Source: Alphaproteobacteria bacterium (GTDB lineage Bacteria > Pseudomonadota > Alphaproteobacteria > CACIAM-22H2). Taken from it: a stretch of DNA of 64,000 bases. The stretch spans positions 50,165 through 114,164 of the forward strand of contig JAWLHE010000007.1 of NCBI GenBank assembly GCA_041690495.1, in the 5' to 3' direction. The translations under genes and the position numbers were made by a program. Each line of letters begins with the position of its first letter. Positions within the stretch are counted from its first letter, which is position 1. Positions 45,258 to 55,809 of the stretch are shown here, in pieces. The notes under the pieces were generated by a model. That model was not told the origin of the DNA, ran no database searches, and saw nothing but the letters and a program-made list of their open reading frames with translations.

Positions 45258-45803
45258 ATGACGTCCGATCGGCGTGTCCACACCGAGTTCTCACGGCCGG
45301 TGGACCTCACGCGGCTCGGTGACGCGGAGGCCGAGCATGACATCGAGGCCACGGAGCCGGAGCGGGTTGCGCTTGCTGCGCGGTTTGACCTGGTCGCGCT
45401 GCGCGCGCTCAGGGCGAAAGTGCGGATCCGGAGGATTCACGGCGGTGCGGCGATTCGGCTATCCGGCCATCTTTCCGCCGATGTGACGCAGTCCTGCGTG
45501 GTCACGCTCGAGCCGGTCGAAAGCCATATCGAGGATGACTTCACGGTGGTATATGCGGCCGAGACGTCGACCGACGAAAGCGCCCTCGGGCCCGATACGG
45601 ATATCACCTGGCCCGAGCCGATGCCGGAGGGTCCGCTCGACATCGGCGAGGCCGTTGCCCAGCATCTGTCGCTCGCGCTCGACCCATACCCCCGCGTCCC
45701 AGGGGGCGAACTTGACCGGCAATGGAGCGGAGAAGGGAGCCAAGACACGAGCCCGTTTGCCCGGCTCGCGGCGCTTCGCAAGCCCCCTGGTACCTCAGGT
45801 TAA
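45258..45803 (+). CDS. yceD: YceD/DUF177 family protein (large-subunit rRNA accumulation protein)
   Basis: DUF177 Cys/acidic pattern, located immediately upstream of rpmF as in most bacteria. Confidence 0.7.
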   Translation: MTSDRRVHTEFSRPVDLTRLGDAEAEHDIEATEPERVALAARFDLVALRALRAKVRIRRIHGGAAIRLSGHLSADVTQSCVVTLEPVESHIEDDFTVVYAAETSTDESALGPDTDITWPEPMPEGPLDIGEAVAQHLSLALDPYPRVPGGELDRQWSGEGSQDTSPFARLAALRKPPGTSG

Positions 45804-46061
45804 GCTTGAGGACCGGCCGGTTTTTGTTTAATTAGCCCTGAAGGTCGGCGCATCAATGGTTTACAGGTCCGGGTTGTACGCCGATTGCACGTCGGCGACC
45901 GCGGGTACGCAAGCAACGCCCACGTGCAAGCTGTGGCGCCGGAACCTGCGAACTGCCCTTGATATTGCTACTTTCCAGCTTGTTGTTTAAGTAGAGCGCC
46001 ATCTCTTTCATCCACGAACTTAGCATGTGCCGCCCCCGAAGCGGCCGGAGAAGACAGCACC

Positions 46062-46244
46062 ATGGCCGTTCCCAAGAAAAAGGTATCGCAGTCTCGGCGC
46101 GACATGCGTCGCTCCCACCACGCACTCAAGGCAGCCGGATATGTGGAATGCCCGAACTGCGGCGAGAACAAGCGATCGCATCACGTCTGTGCGGCCTGCG
46201 GCTACTACGATGGCCGCGAGGTCGTCGCGGCGAAGAGCGCCTGA
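46062..46244 (+). CDS. rpmF: 50S ribosomal protein L32
   Basis: [23 protein letters not shown]... with a C4 zinc ribbon (CPNCGE...CAACG). Confidence 0.95.
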   Translation: MAVPKKKVSQSRRDMRRSHHALKAAGYVECPNCGENKRSHHVCAACGYYDGREVVAAKSA

Positions 46245-46283
46245 TCCCGTCGCTCTGAAACGCCGCGGGCGGAGCCGGCCCAC

Positions 46284-47327
46284 GTGACTGCTCGACTGAC
46301 GATCGCGCTCGATGCCATGGGCGGCGACGATGCGCCACAGGTCGTCATCAAGGGGGCGAACCTCGCGTGCAAGCGGTTCCCGGAGGTCGAATATCTTCTG
46401 TTCGGCGATGAACGGCGCCTGATGCCGCTGCTGGCCAAGGCATCGAAGCTGGCGGCCCGCAGCAGCATCCGTCACACCGAGGAAACCGTGCCGAACGACA
46501 TGAAGCCTTCGATCGCACTGCGTCAGGGGCGCCAGTCCAGCATGCGACTGGCGATCGACGCAGTGCGCCAGGGACATGCGGCCGGCGTGGTTTCCGCCGG
46601 CAATACCGGCGCACTGATGGCGATGGCAAAGATTTCGCTCAAGATGCTGTCCGGGATCGACCGGCCGGCGATTGCTTCGTTCTTTCCGACCATGCGCGGC
46701 GAAAGCGTGATGCTCGATCTCGGTGCGAATGTCGAATGCGACGCGAACAATCTCGTGCAGTTTGCGGCGATGGGTGAGGTGTTCGCACGGACCGTGCTGG
46801 GCTGCGTTCAGCCGAGCATCGGCATCCTCAATGTCGGCTCGGAGGAAATGAAGGGACATGACGAGGTGCGCACAGCTGCCGCGATGCTGCGCGCAAGTCC
46901 GCTTTCGGTGCAGTTTCACGGTTTCGTGGAAGGTGACGACATTCCCTCCGGTACGGTCGACGTCGTCGTGACGGACGGCTTTACGGGCAATGTCGCGCTC
47001 AAGACCGCCGAAGGCACCGCAAAGCTCTATGCCGAGTTCCTGCGCGGCGCTTTCCGCTCGTCCTGGCTGGCCCGACTCGGGTATCTGCTTGCCCGGCAGG
47101 AGCTGCAGAAGGTGCGCAGCCGCACCGACCCGCGCCGCTACAACGGCGCAATTCTGCTCGGCCTCAACGGCATCGTCGTGAAGAGTCACGGCGGAACGGA
47201 CCCGATCGGCTTTGCCAACGCGATCGGTGTTGCGATCGATATGGCCGCGAACGGCTTCAACGAGAAAATCCGCGCCGAGCTCGAGCGTCTTACGCCCGAT
47301 CCGCGCGCTGCTGCGGCGGCGATCTGA
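46284..47327 (+). CDS. plsX: Phosphate acyltransferase PlsX
   Basis: PlsX family across the full length ([20 protein letters not shown]). Confidence 0.95.
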   Translation: MTARLTIALDAMGGDDAPQVVIKGANLACKRFPEVEYLLFGDERRLMPLLAKASKLAARSSIRHTEETVPNDMKPSIALRQGRQSSMRLAIDAVRQGHAAGVVSAGNTGALMAMAKISLKMLSGIDRPAIASFFPTMRGESVMLDLGANVECDANNLVQFAAMGEVFARTVLGCVQPSIGILNVGSEEMKGHDEVRTAAAMLRASPLSVQFHGFVEGDDIPSGTVDVVVTDGFTGNVALKTAEGTAKLYAEFLRGAFRSSWLARLGYLLARQELQKVRSRTDPRRYNGAILLGLNGIVVKSHGGTDPIGFANAIGVAIDMAANGFNEKIRAELERLTPDPRAAAAAI

Positions 47328-47328
47328 C

Positions 47329-48318
47329 ATGGCGCACGCAACGGGTCTGTTTCGCTCACAGGTGATCGGCTGCGGGGCATACCTCCCGTCGCGCATTGTA
47401 ACGAACAAAGAGCTCGCGCAGCGCGTCGACACCAGCGACGAATGGATCACGACGCGGACCGGGATCAAGCAGCGTCACGTCGCGGCCGAAGGCGAGTTCA
47501 CGTCCGATCTGGCTGTGCGCGCAGCCGAACGCGCCTTGGCGTCCGCGGACATCGAGGCGCGCGAGGTCGATGCGATCGTGCTGGCGACCACGACGCCCGA
47601 CGAAACCTTCCCGGCGACCGCAACCCGCGTGCAGTCACGGCTCGGCATCAGGCACGGGTTCGCCTTCGACGTCCAGGCGGTCTGCAGCGGCTTCGTTTAC
47701 GCGCTGGCCGTCGCCGACAATTTTCTGAAGCTCGGGCAGGCGCGCACGGCTCTGGTCATCGGCGCCGAGACGTTCTCGCGCATTCTCGACTGGTCCGACC
47801 GCAACACCTGTGTGCTGTTCGGCGACGGTGCGGGCGCAGTCGTGCTGCGTGCGGCGCCCGGATCGGGCAACGGCAAGGATCGCGGCGTCCTCTCGACGCA
47901 TCTTCACGCCGATGGGCGCTTCCATGACGCGCTGTTCGTCAACGGCGGGCCGTCGACGACGGGCGCGGCGGGTGTCGTCCGGATGAACGGTCCGGAAGTC
48001 TTCAAGCACGCCGTTGCCAAGCTCGCCGATGTCGTGGAGGAAGCGCTCGCTGCCAACGGCCTTACCGGCGCAGATATCGACTGGCTGGTGCCGCATCAGG
48101 CAAACAAGCGCATCATCGACGGCATGGCGCGCAAGCTTGGCCTTGGCGCCAATCGCGTCGTCTGCACCGTCGACCATCACGCCAACACCTCCGCCGCGTC
48201 GATCCCGCTGGCCCTCGCCGAGGCCGCCGGCGACGGGCGCCTGCAGGCCGGAAATCTCGTGCTGATCGAGGCGATCGGCGGGGGGCTCGCCTGGGGCGCA
48301 AGCGTGATTCGCTGGTAG
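47329..48318 (+). CDS. fabH: 3-oxoacyl-[ACP] synthase III
   Basis: FabH catalytic triad contexts ([20 protein letters not shown]). Starts 1 nt after the plsX stop. Confidence 0.95.
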   Translation: MAHATGLFRSQVIGCGAYLPSRIVTNKELAQRVDTSDEWITTRTGIKQRHVAAEGEFTSDLAVRAAERALASADIEAREVDAIVLATTTPDETFPATATRVQSRLGIRHGFAFDVQAVCSGFVYALAVADNFLKLGQARTALVIGAETFSRILDWSDRNTCVLFGDGAGAVVLRAAPGSGNGKDRGVLSTHLHADGRFHDALFVNGGPSTTGAAGVVRMNGPEVFKHAVAKLADVVEEALAANGLTGADIDWLVPHQANKRIIDGMARKLGLGANRVVCTVDHHANTSAASIPLALAEAAGDGRLQAGNLVLIEAIGGGLAWGASVIRW

Positions 48319-48429
48319 TTCTGGGACCCGGCAGCGAAGATAGTTGAAAGAAGACGGCCATCCCCCTGTAATTGACGGGTTTATTCCCACGGGGTAGACT
48401 TCGTCAGATGATAGGAACAAGGGGGCGTC

Positions 48430-48789
48430 ATGACGGACACGACGGTTACCCGCGCCGACCTCAGCGAAGCGGTTTATCAGGAGGTCGGCCTGTCCCGGAA
48501 CGATTCGGCGGCCTTGGTCGAGACGGTCCTTAATGAGATAGTCGAGGCGCTTACACGCGGCGAAACCGTGAAGATCTCGTCATTCGGCAGCTTTTCGGTC
48601 AGGCAGAAGGGTAAACGGGTCGGCCGCAACCCCAAGACCGGCGAGGAGGTACCGATCCTGCCGCGTCGGGTCCTGGTATTCCGGGCGTCGCATGTGCTCA
48701 AGAACAAGATCAACCGGGCGCTCAGCAAGGGCGGCGCGCGTCCGGCTGCACCGGCCGCCGCCGTGCCCGCAGCGGAACCGAAGGTTTGA
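48430..48789 (+). CDS. ihfA: Integration host factor subunit alpha
   Basis: IHF/HU fold with the IHF-alpha arm ([23 protein letters not shown]) and an Ala/Pro-rich tail. Confidence 0.9.
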   Translation: MTDTTVTRADLSEAVYQEVGLSRNDSAALVETVLNEIVEALTRGETVKISSFGSFSVRQKGKRVGRNPKTGEEVPILPRRVLVFRASHVLKNKINRALSKGGARPAAPAAAVPAAEPKV

Positions 48790-48795
48790 TCGATC

Positions 48796-49287
48796 GTGAA
48801 GGCATTGGAACGCCCCGTCGCCGGCTCTGACGTGCCGCAGGAGGCGTCGCTCGGAAACGGGACGAACCGGCGCGGCGCCAAGTCTGCCAGCGCGTTCCGA
48901 ACCATAAGCGAGGTTGCGAGCGAGCTCGATGTGCCGCAGCACGTGCTGCGCTTCTGGGAAACCCGCTTCGCGCAGATCCGCCCGCTGAAGCGCGCCGGCG
49001 GCCGCCGCTATTACCGCCCGGAAGATATCGAGCTGCTGCGCCGCATTCGCGGCCTGCTGTACCAGCACGGCTACACGATCAAAGGCGTGCAGAAGCTATT
49101 GCGCGACGGCGGACGGGCAACCGACGAGCCGGTCGCGGCCGTGGCGGACGAGGCGCCGCCGCAAGCCGTAGCCGCCAAGGCCGGCGTTGCGACAGCGACG
49201 GCCGGGGCACAGCCGGACCGGACGATCAAGGCGGTAATCGACGAGCTCGTCGAGCTCAGGAATCTGCTTCAGGCGCATCGGCGCTGA
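48796..49287 (+). CDS. MerR family transcriptional regulator (ihfA-linked)
   Basis: MerR HTH ([21 protein letters not shown]). Conserved position downstream of ihfA. Confidence 0.75.
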   Translation: MKALERPVAGSDVPQEASLGNGTNRRGAKSASAFRTISEVASELDVPQHVLRFWETRFAQIRPLKRAGGRRYYRPEDIELLRRIRGLLYQHGYTIKGVQKLLRDGGRATDEPVAAVADEAPPQAVAAKAGVATATAGAQPDRTIKAVIDELVELRNLLQAHRR

Positions 49288-49414
49288 CGTACGCTCAAGC
49301 TGCCCCCGCGAAGCATTGAATGGTCTTTGTCGTTGCGGCTATAGTGCCGCGCGCCGTCACGGACGCATGGCAAGTCTTCGGCCCCGCCATGTACCGCGAA
49401 CGCCGCATTCCGGT

Positions 49415-49491
49415 CGGAGCGTAGCGCAGCCTGGTAGCGCATCTGCCTGGGGGGCAGGGGGTCGTGGGTTCAAATCCCGCCGCTCCGACCA
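49415..49491 (+). tRNA. tRNA-Pro (anticodon GGG)
   Basis: Cloverleaf read by hand: acceptor CGGAGCG/CGCUCCG, D-arm GCGCAGCCUGGUAGCGC, anticodon loop CUGGGGG (anticodon GGG with G37), T-arm GUGGGUUCAAAUCCCGC, discriminator A, encoded CCA. Confidence 0.9.
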
Positions 49492-49984
49492 TCATTCCCG
49501 AACCAGCGACATGAGCGAGGGGCGGCGCGCGAGACCGCCCCGCGGCCGATCGAGTGCGGGGAGCACTGCCTGTCGAAGGCGGGCCGGTCGACGATGACCC
49601 GATGTTCGCGTTGCAGCTGCCCGCCTATCGGGTTGCGACGAGCCCGGATGAGTGCGTTCATCGCAGCAAGGCCCCGGCTGCGTCGTCCAAAGGGATACAG
49701 TCATTCGTACCTGCCGCCTCGGACGGATGAGACATGGGGCGGGCTGAGGCTTTCGCATAGAGTTTCGCGGTTTGCGTCACCGCAATTGCGAATGAGCATT
49801 GCGCAACGATGCGGCGCAACAGGCGCGCGCTGCATCTATTGATGACCGACCTGGATCGATCGATGTCCCCGCGCGGATCTGTTCGGCAACAACGCGGATA
49901 TCCAGCGATGCGCTCATGTTCTACCGGCTCGTTGGCTGGTCATGCCGGTGATGGTCCTCCGGTCAGGCGAAGAATCCGGATCCC

Positions 49985-51535
49985 GTGATCGAGTATCAGG
50001 CGCGGCGCACCATTCGGGATGGGGGGCCGCGAGTCGAAACCCTCCGGCACCCGGCGGCCGCTCTTGCCGTCGCGTTGCTGCTCAGCGCGGTCCCTGCGCT
50101 GGTGCGCGCCGTCTACTATCCCGACTATCCCGGCACGGACGACAGTTTCATCCATGCCGCGATTATCGGGAATCTCGCGGCAGGGTGGGGCTGGGGCATC
50201 AATCCGGGCGAGCCGGTCAACCTGTCGACAAGCCCGTTGTTCACGCTGATCATGCTCGCAGTATCGCGGGTCTGGCCGGACGTCGTCGCTGCCGGCTCCG
50301 CGATGTCGGTGGCGGCGGTGTCGCTCGGCGTCTTTGGAACCTTCGTCGTCGCCGGACGGATGACGAACAATGCCGCCGTCGGCCTGTGCGCCGCCGCCGT
50401 TGCCGCGACGAATGTTCACCTCTGGCGATGGGCAGGCACGTTCATCGAGGCGCCGCCCGCGTATGCCGGCGTCATTGCGGTTCTGGTCGCGTTCGACTCT
50501 CTCTATCGCGCGCCGCTGCGGAAACCGGAGCTCGCCCGGTTCGTCGCGCTCGGCTTCTCGATCGGGATTCTCGCGCTGCTGAGATTCGAGTGCGGACTGC
50601 TCGGACTGGCGTTCTTCGCGCATCATCTCGTCAATGACCGCCGCTATCTGATTTCGCGCTACGCAGCAGCGGCATTCGGCCTTGCCGTGCCGCTCGCGGC
50701 ATGGGCGATATTCGCCGGGGCGACCTTTGGCGCCGTGATTCCGACGACCTTCGGAGCAAAGACCTCGGCGGGGCTGATCGTCTTCAATCCGGCTCTGCTC
50801 GTGCAGTATGCCCGCGTCCTCGGGTCGGGGTTTCTCGCGGGAATCGTCCTGACAGCCGGCGCGGTCGCGTTGCTGATCGTCGAGGGCGCATCCGGGGCAC
50901 TGCTTGCCGCGATACGCCGATCCGCCCTGTTCGTGGCATTCGCCGCCGCCGTTCTGGCGTTCTACTATCTCAAGACGGAATCGCTACAAAGCCCTGCCAG
51001 GTACATGCTGCCGGCAATGGCCGTCCTGCCGCTCGCGGCGGCACCGTTCCTCGCCGCCGCGTGGAGCGCCGCGCGTGCCTGGCGGGTCGGAGCCGTCGCG
51101 ATCATCGCCGTGCAGCTCGTCGTGGCGGCGCTCACCAACCATCTGCGGGTCGCGCCTGTCCTGGCCCAGATGAACGATGGTTATGTCGCCGCCATGAGCG
51201 CGGTCGCCGAGCAACTCAACCGGCGTTGCAGCGTCGGCGACGTGGTGCTGGTCGAATTCGACATCGGCGTGGTCTCGTATCGTCACGATCATGGCTGCCG
51301 GATCGCGGACGGCGGCGCGCTCGCCTCGCCGGAGTTGCGCGGCCTGACCATCGCCGAGAAGGTCGCGGTGACGCACGCACGCTACGTTGTCGAGTCGCTG
51401 GGCGATCCGGATCGCAGCGCGCTCGACCGGGTACCGGCTGCGACGCTGCGCTGGAGCCGTGCCTTCGCTTCGCACAGCGTTGGGGCGCCCGATCGCACGT
51501 ATGTCGTTCGTCTCTTCGAGATCGTGCCACCGTGA
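49985..51535 (+). CDS. Polytopic membrane protein, putative GT-C-fold glycosyltransferase (PMT_2/ArnT-like) with C-terminal soluble domain
   Basis: About 11-12 TM helices. First extracytoplasmic loop has an acidic DD-S-F-I-H motif (YYPDYPGTDDSFIH) resembling the DE-x-HF motif of GT39/GT83 enzymes. About 120-aa non-membrane C-terminus. Assignment inferential. Confidence 0.4.
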   Translation: MIEYQARRTIRDGGPRVETLRHPAAALAVALLLSAVPALVRAVYYPDYPGTDDSFIHAAIIGNLAAGWGWGINPGEPVNLSTSPLFTLIMLAVSRVWPDVVAAGSAMSVAAVSLGVFGTFVVAGRMTNNAAVGLCAAAVAATNVHLWRWAGTFIEAPPAYAGVIAVLVAFDSLYRAPLRKPELARFVALGFSIGILALLRFECGLLGLAFFAHHLVNDRRYLISRYAAAAFGLAVPLAAWAIFAGATFGAVIPTTFGAKTSAGLIVFNPALLVQYARVLGSGFLAGIVLTAGAVALLIVEGASGALLAAIRRSALFVAFAAAVLAFYYLKTESLQSPARYMLPAMAVLPLAAAPFLAAAWSAARAWRVGAVAIIAVQLVVAALTNHLRVAPVLAQMNDGYVAAMSAVAEQLNRRCSVGDVVLVEFDIGVVSYRHDHGCRIADGGALASPELRGLTIAEKVAVTHARYVVESLGDPDRSALDRVPAATLRWSRAFASHSVGAPDRTYVVRLFEIVPP

Positions 51536-51541
51536 CGGCCC

Positions 51542-51859
51542 GTGCGGCCGCGTTTGGAACCAGTCTGGCGCGTACGGGTTGGATCTGATGAAGACCTTTC
51601 CAGCGAGGCGGTTGTGGCTGACGTACTGCCCGACACTCACACGGAGCTATGGGTCCGCCCGGCCGGCGGCCGATGGCGCATTCAGCGCGCTGGCACCGGC
51701 CAGATACTCGGCGAGTACGAGGGGCGAGCGGAAGCGATCCAGGAAGCCCGGCTGATCGCGCAGCGTGAACCCGACACTGCGGTGAAGTTCGAGCATGCGA
51801 ACGGTACGATGGAAATTGTGCCGCTGCTCGGGCCCGGCTCCGCCAGCGGGCAGGGTTGA
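51542..51859 (+). CDS. DUF2188-like small protein
   Basis: Core WRIQRAGTGQILGEYEGRAEAIQEARLIAQREPDTAVKFEHANGTM matches the DUF2188 pattern. Starts 7 nt after the upstream gene, so likely co-transcribed. Start codon uncertain. Confidence 0.45.
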   Translation: MRPRLEPVWRVRVGSDEDLSSEAVVADVLPDTHTELWVRPAGGRWRIQRAGTGQILGEYEGRAEAIQEARLIAQREPDTAVKFEHANGTMEIVPLLGPGSASGQG

Positions 51860-52165
51860 AGAGGATGAAGAGCCGCCGCCGACCGGTACGCCCCGAGGAG
51901 GAGGACCGTGGTGCGCAGGCGGCCGCATTGCGCCGCCGCGAGCGCCCGGCGGGGCGCGTTCCAGCCGGAGACGAGGGGCTCAAGCCCAATCCCGACGCTC
52001 ACCCGGTCGAGGAGACCGTTTCGGACACCGAATAGCGGGGATCGGTCGGAGGCCGCACAATCGGCGGATGCTGGAGAGGCGCGGGCTTTCAACCTGTATT
52101 AACCAAACCTTCAGGTCTTAACCCTAGAACAAGTCCAAGGTCCTTGGACCCCTAGGGGAAATGCC

Positions 52166-54169
52166 GTGAGCAGTCGTCTTTCGAAAGACCGGCTGGGCGT
52201 GCGTACGAGCGCGAAGAGCGCCGGCCGCTCGGCAGTGGTAGCTATGGAGGCGCACTGCAAGATGCTCGAGCGACAGCTCCGCGATATGGAGCAACGCTTC
52301 CAGGACCTGCTCGACGCATCTTCCGACTGGATCTGGGAGACGGACCACGAGTTGCGTTTCACCGGGTTTTCCGGCCGGCTCGCCGAAGTGAGCGGCGTCG
52401 ATCCCAAGGCGCTGATCGGCAAGAAGCGCAGCGATCTGATGGACCCATCGATTGCGGAGGATGTCCGACGCGCTCACCTCGACGATCTCGCGGCGCTGCG
52501 TCCGTTCCGCGATTTTACATACCGGACGGTCACCGCAATGGGAACCCGCTACTTCACCATCAGCGGCAAGCCCTGCTTCGATGCAGACGGACGGTTTACC
52601 GGCTATCGCGGCACCGGCCGCGACATCACGGCCGAAATGGAGGCGCGGCAGAGTGCGCAAATGATCCATGCGCGCTTCGTCGACGCGATCGAGAGCGTTC
52701 CCGCGAGCCTGATGCTGCATGATGCCGAAGACCGGCTCGTGATCTGCAACACGATCACCCGCACGTTCTTCCCGGGTCTCGACGACCTGCTCGTGCCCGG
52801 AACGAAGTTCGAGGATCTCGTCAAGGCGCAGGCCGCGCGAGGAACCCTGCCTTCCGCGGTCGGCCGGGTCGACGATTGGCTCGAAGAGCGGATGGACGCG
52901 CACCGCAACCCCAAAGGGGCCATCACGCGCAAGCATTCTGACGGCCGCTGGATCAGGATCATCGAGCGAAAGACCTCCGAAGGCGGCACGATCGGCATCC
53001 GCGTCGACGTCACCGAGCTCAAGAGCAAGGAGGAGCAGCTCGCACAGCAGACGGCGCTGCTCCAGGCAACCCTCGACAACATCAGCCAGGGCCTGAGCGT
53101 CTACGATGCCGATCTGAAGCTGGTCGCGTTCAACGCACGCTACATCGAGATGCTCGGCGTGCCGCCGGAATTCGGGCAGATCGGCCGGCCCTTCCAGGAC
53201 GTCGTGCGCTGGAACGCGGAGCACGGCGAATATGGACCGGGAACGCCGGACGAGCATATCGCCAGTCGCATAGCGCTGGTGACCAGGCCGGAGCCACATC
53301 ATCTCGAACGCCGGCGGCCCGACGGCACGCATATCGAGATTCAAGGACGCCCGATGCCGGGCGGAGGCTTCGTCACGACCTACACGGACGTGACCGAGCG
53401 CAAGCAGTTCCAGGAGACGCTCGAGGCCAATGCGGCGCGGCTCGAGGAGTACGCGCAGGAGCTCAAGAAATCGAACACCGAGCTCGAGCAGTTCGCCTAT
53501 GTCGCATCGCATGACTTGCAAGAGCCGCTGCGGATGGTGGGCAGCTACTGCCAACTCCTGCAGCGGCGGTACAAGGGCAAGCTCGACAAGGACGCGGACG
53601 AGTTCATCGGCTTCGCCGTCGAAGGCGCCACGCGCATGCAGCGGATGATCAACGATCTGCTCACATATTCGCGCGTCGGCCGCACAGGAAAGGGGATGAC
53701 GGATGTCGCGATCGAGGAGATCGCCAGGACTGCGGTCGCGAACCTCCAGGCCGCGATCGCGGAAAGCGGGGCAACGGTGACATGGGCGGCGCTGCCATCG
53801 GTCATGGGAGAGAAGGTGCAGCTCCTGCAGCTCTTCCAGAACCTCATCGGCAACGCGATCAAGTTCCGCGCCGAGGGCCGCAGCGTCGAGGTCCGGATCG
53901 ATGCCCGGCAGGAGGGCGACGCCTGGCACTTCACCGTTTGCGACAATGGCATCGGCATCGAGCCGCAATATGCCGAGCGCATCTTCCTGATCTTTCAGCG
54001 CCTGCACGACCGCTCGAAATACCAGGGCACGGGCATCGGCCTGGCGGTGTGCAAGAAGGTCGTCGAGCATCATGGCGGCCGCATCTGGATCGAATCAGAG
54101 CCCGGCAAGGGAACCACGTTCCATTTCACATTGAGCCGCGATCCCCTGGCTCGAAAGGAGTCCGCATGA
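52166..54169 (+). CDS. Multi-PAS sensor histidine kinase
   Basis: No TM segments. About 3 PAS/PAC repeats ([34 protein letters not shown]), a HisKA H-box [12 protein letters not shown], and N/G1/F/G2 boxes of HATPase_c ([22 protein letters not shown]). GTG start with RBS aggggaa. Confidence 0.85.
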   Translation: MSSRLSKDRLGVRTSAKSAGRSAVVAMEAHCKMLERQLRDMEQRFQDLLDASSDWIWETDHELRFTGFSGRLAEVSGVDPKALIGKKRSDLMDPSIAEDVRRAHLDDLAALRPFRDFTYRTVTAMGTRYFTISGKPCFDADGRFTGYRGTGRDITAEMEARQSAQMIHARFVDAIESVPASLMLHDAEDRLVICNTITRTFFPGLDDLLVPGTKFEDLVKAQAARGTLPSAVGRVDDWLEERMDAHRNPKGAITRKHSDGRWIRIIERKTSEGGTIGIRVDVTELKSKEEQLAQQTALLQATLDNISQGLSVYDADLKLVAFNARYIEMLGVPPEFGQIGRPFQDVVRWNAEHGEYGPGTPDEHIASRIALVTRPEPHHLERRRPDGTHIEIQGRPMPGGGFVTTYTDVTERKQFQETLEANAARLEEYAQELKKSNTELEQFAYVASHDLQEPLRMVGSYCQLLQRRYKGKLDKDADEFIGFAVEGATRMQRMINDLLTYSRVGRTGKGMTDVAIEEIARTAVANLQAAIAESGATVTWAALPSVMGEKVQLLQLFQNLIGNAIKFRAEGRSVEVRIDARQEGDAWHFTVCDNGIGIEPQYAERIFLIFQRLHDRSKYQGTGIGLAVCKKVVEHHGGRIWIESEPGKGTTFHFTLSRDPLARKESA

Positions 54170-54624
54170 CCGCGCGCATGACCAATCGCCCGATCGAGAT
54201 TCTCCTGGTCGAGGACAATCTCGGCGACGCGCGTCTGACACAGGAAGCCCTGAAAGAGGGCAAGGTGCGCAACAACCTCCACCATGCCCGCGACGGCGTC
54301 GAGGCGATGGCGTTCCTGCGCCGCGACGGGGCGAACGCCGACGCCCCGAGGCCGGATCTGGTGCTGCTGGACCTCAACCTGCCGCGCAAGGACGGTCGCG
54401 AGGTGCTGGGCGAGATGAAGGAGGATCCCGATCTCCGGCTGATCCCCGTGGTCGTGCTGACGACCTCGGAAGCCGAGCAGGACGTGCTTCGGACATACGA
54501 GCTCCGCGCGAACTGCTACATCACCAAGCCCGTGGACCTGGAGAAGTTCATCACGATCGTCCGCAGCATCGAGGATTTCTGGCTGACGATTGTCCGCCTG
54601 CCGTCGTTCGACGCGCACGTCTGA
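54166..54624 (+). CDS. Single-domain response regulator (CheY-like receiver)
   Basis: REC domain with the acidic pocket (LLVEDNLGD), a phospho-Asp context ([12 protein letters not shown]) and the conserved Lys region (YITKP). ATGA overlap with the kinase stop. Confidence 0.85.
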   Translation: MTARMTNRPIEILLVEDNLGDARLTQEALKEGKVRNNLHHARDGVEAMAFLRRDGANADAPRPDLVLLDLNLPRKDGREVLGEMKEDPDLRLIPVVVLTTSEAEQDVLRTYELRANCYITKPVDLEKFITIVRSIEDFWLTIVRLPSFDAHV

Positions 54625-54649
54625 CCCGGGCAGGAAGGCGTCAGCGCGC

Positions 54650-55804
54650 ATGCTCGTCGGCACGAAAATCTCGGTTCTCCTCGTCGAGGACAACCCCGGC
54701 GATGCGCGGCTGACACGCGAGATGCTGGGCGAGGTGGAATCGTTCGAGTTCGACCTCGAACATGTCGAGCGCCTCGCCGATGCGATTGCCGCACTTGCGC
54801 GCGCCAGGTTCGACGTCATTCTTCTCGATCTCTCGCTCCCCGACTCGCAAGGCCTCGACGGCATCGCGCAGCTGCAGAAATCCGCGCCGACTGTTCCGGT
54901 CGTGGTGCTGACCGGCCGCAGCGACGACGCGGTGGCGATCGAAGTAGTCAAGGCCGGCGCCGACGACTACCTGATCAAGGGGCAGAGCGATGGACAGTTG
55001 ATGGTGCGGGCCATCCGCTATTCGGTCGAGCGCGCGCGCGGCCGGCTGCTGCTGGTCGACGCCAAGGCGAAAGCCGAGATCGCCAACCGCGTCAAGACCG
55101 AGTTCCTCGCCAACATGAGCCATGAGCTGCGCACGCCGCTCAATGCCATCATGGGATTCTCGGAACTGCTCAAGGCGGAGATGCTGGGCCCGCTGGGCCA
55201 CCCCTCCTACGCCGAGTACGCGAAGGATATCTACCAGAGCGCGGCGCATCTGCTGCAGATCATCAACGACATCCTCGATCTCTCGAAGGTCGAGGCCGGC
55301 AAGATCGAGCTCGACGAGCGGCCCATCGATCTCAATACGCTGGTAACGGCGTCGCTGCGCCTGATCACCGAGCGCGCGAGCGAGGCCGGCGTCGAGATCG
55401 TCAATGAGCTGCCGGCCGACCTGCCGCGACTCTATGCCGACGAGCGGCTGCTCAAGCAGATCCTGATCAACCTGCTGTCGAACGCCGTCAAGTTCACCAA
55501 GAGCGGCGGCTCGGTGAAGGTCCAGGCCTGGCGTGAGCCGACGGGTGTTCTGGCGCTCGCTGTCGCGGATACCGGCATCGGCATCTCCGAGGAGAACCTG
55601 CCGCGCGTGATGGAGCCGTTCCGCCAGGCCGACGCGACGCTGAGCCGCAAATACGAGGGCACCGGGCTCGGTCTGCCGCTGGTGAAATCCTTCGTCGAGC
55701 TGCATCGCGGCGTTTTCGAGCTCAAGAGCCAGGTGAATGCCGGGACGACGGCGCTGGCGCGATTCCCGCGCGACCGGGTGATGGAGAGCGCCGCCGCCGG
55801 CTGA
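54650..55804 (+). CDS. Hybrid response-regulator/histidine kinase (REC-HisKA-HATPase)
   Basis: N-terminal REC (VLLVEDNPGD, ILLDLSLPD, YLIKG), then an H-box SHELRTPLNAI and an HATPase_c (NLLSNAVKFT, DTGIGIS, GTGLGLPL). Confidence 0.85.
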   Translation: MLVGTKISVLLVEDNPGDARLTREMLGEVESFEFDLEHVERLADAIAALARARFDVILLDLSLPDSQGLDGIAQLQKSAPTVPVVVLTGRSDDAVAIEVVKAGADDYLIKGQSDGQLMVRAIRYSVERARGRLLLVDAKAKAEIANRVKTEFLANMSHELRTPLNAIMGFSELLKAEMLGPLGHPSYAEYAKDIYQSAAHLLQIINDILDLSKVEAGKIELDERPIDLNTLVTASLRLITERASEAGVEIVNELPADLPRLYADERLLKQILINLLSNAVKFTKSGGSVKVQAWREPTGVLALAVADTGIGISEENLPRVMEPFRQADATLSRKYEGTGLGLPLVKSFVELHRGVFELKSQVNAGTTALARFPRDRVMESAAAG

Positions 55805-55809
55805 TGCGT

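Noticed and set aside
49295-49495. 66-aa minus-strand ORF
   Set aside because: It runs antisense across the tRNA-Pro gene and is not a protein gene.
49492-52100. Possible integrated mobile element or genomic island at the tRNA-Pro 3' end
   Set aside because: No integrase, transposase or phage genes. No direct repeat of the tRNA 3' end was found. GC content looks like the rest of the window. Kept only as a lineage-specific insertion hypothesis in the findings.
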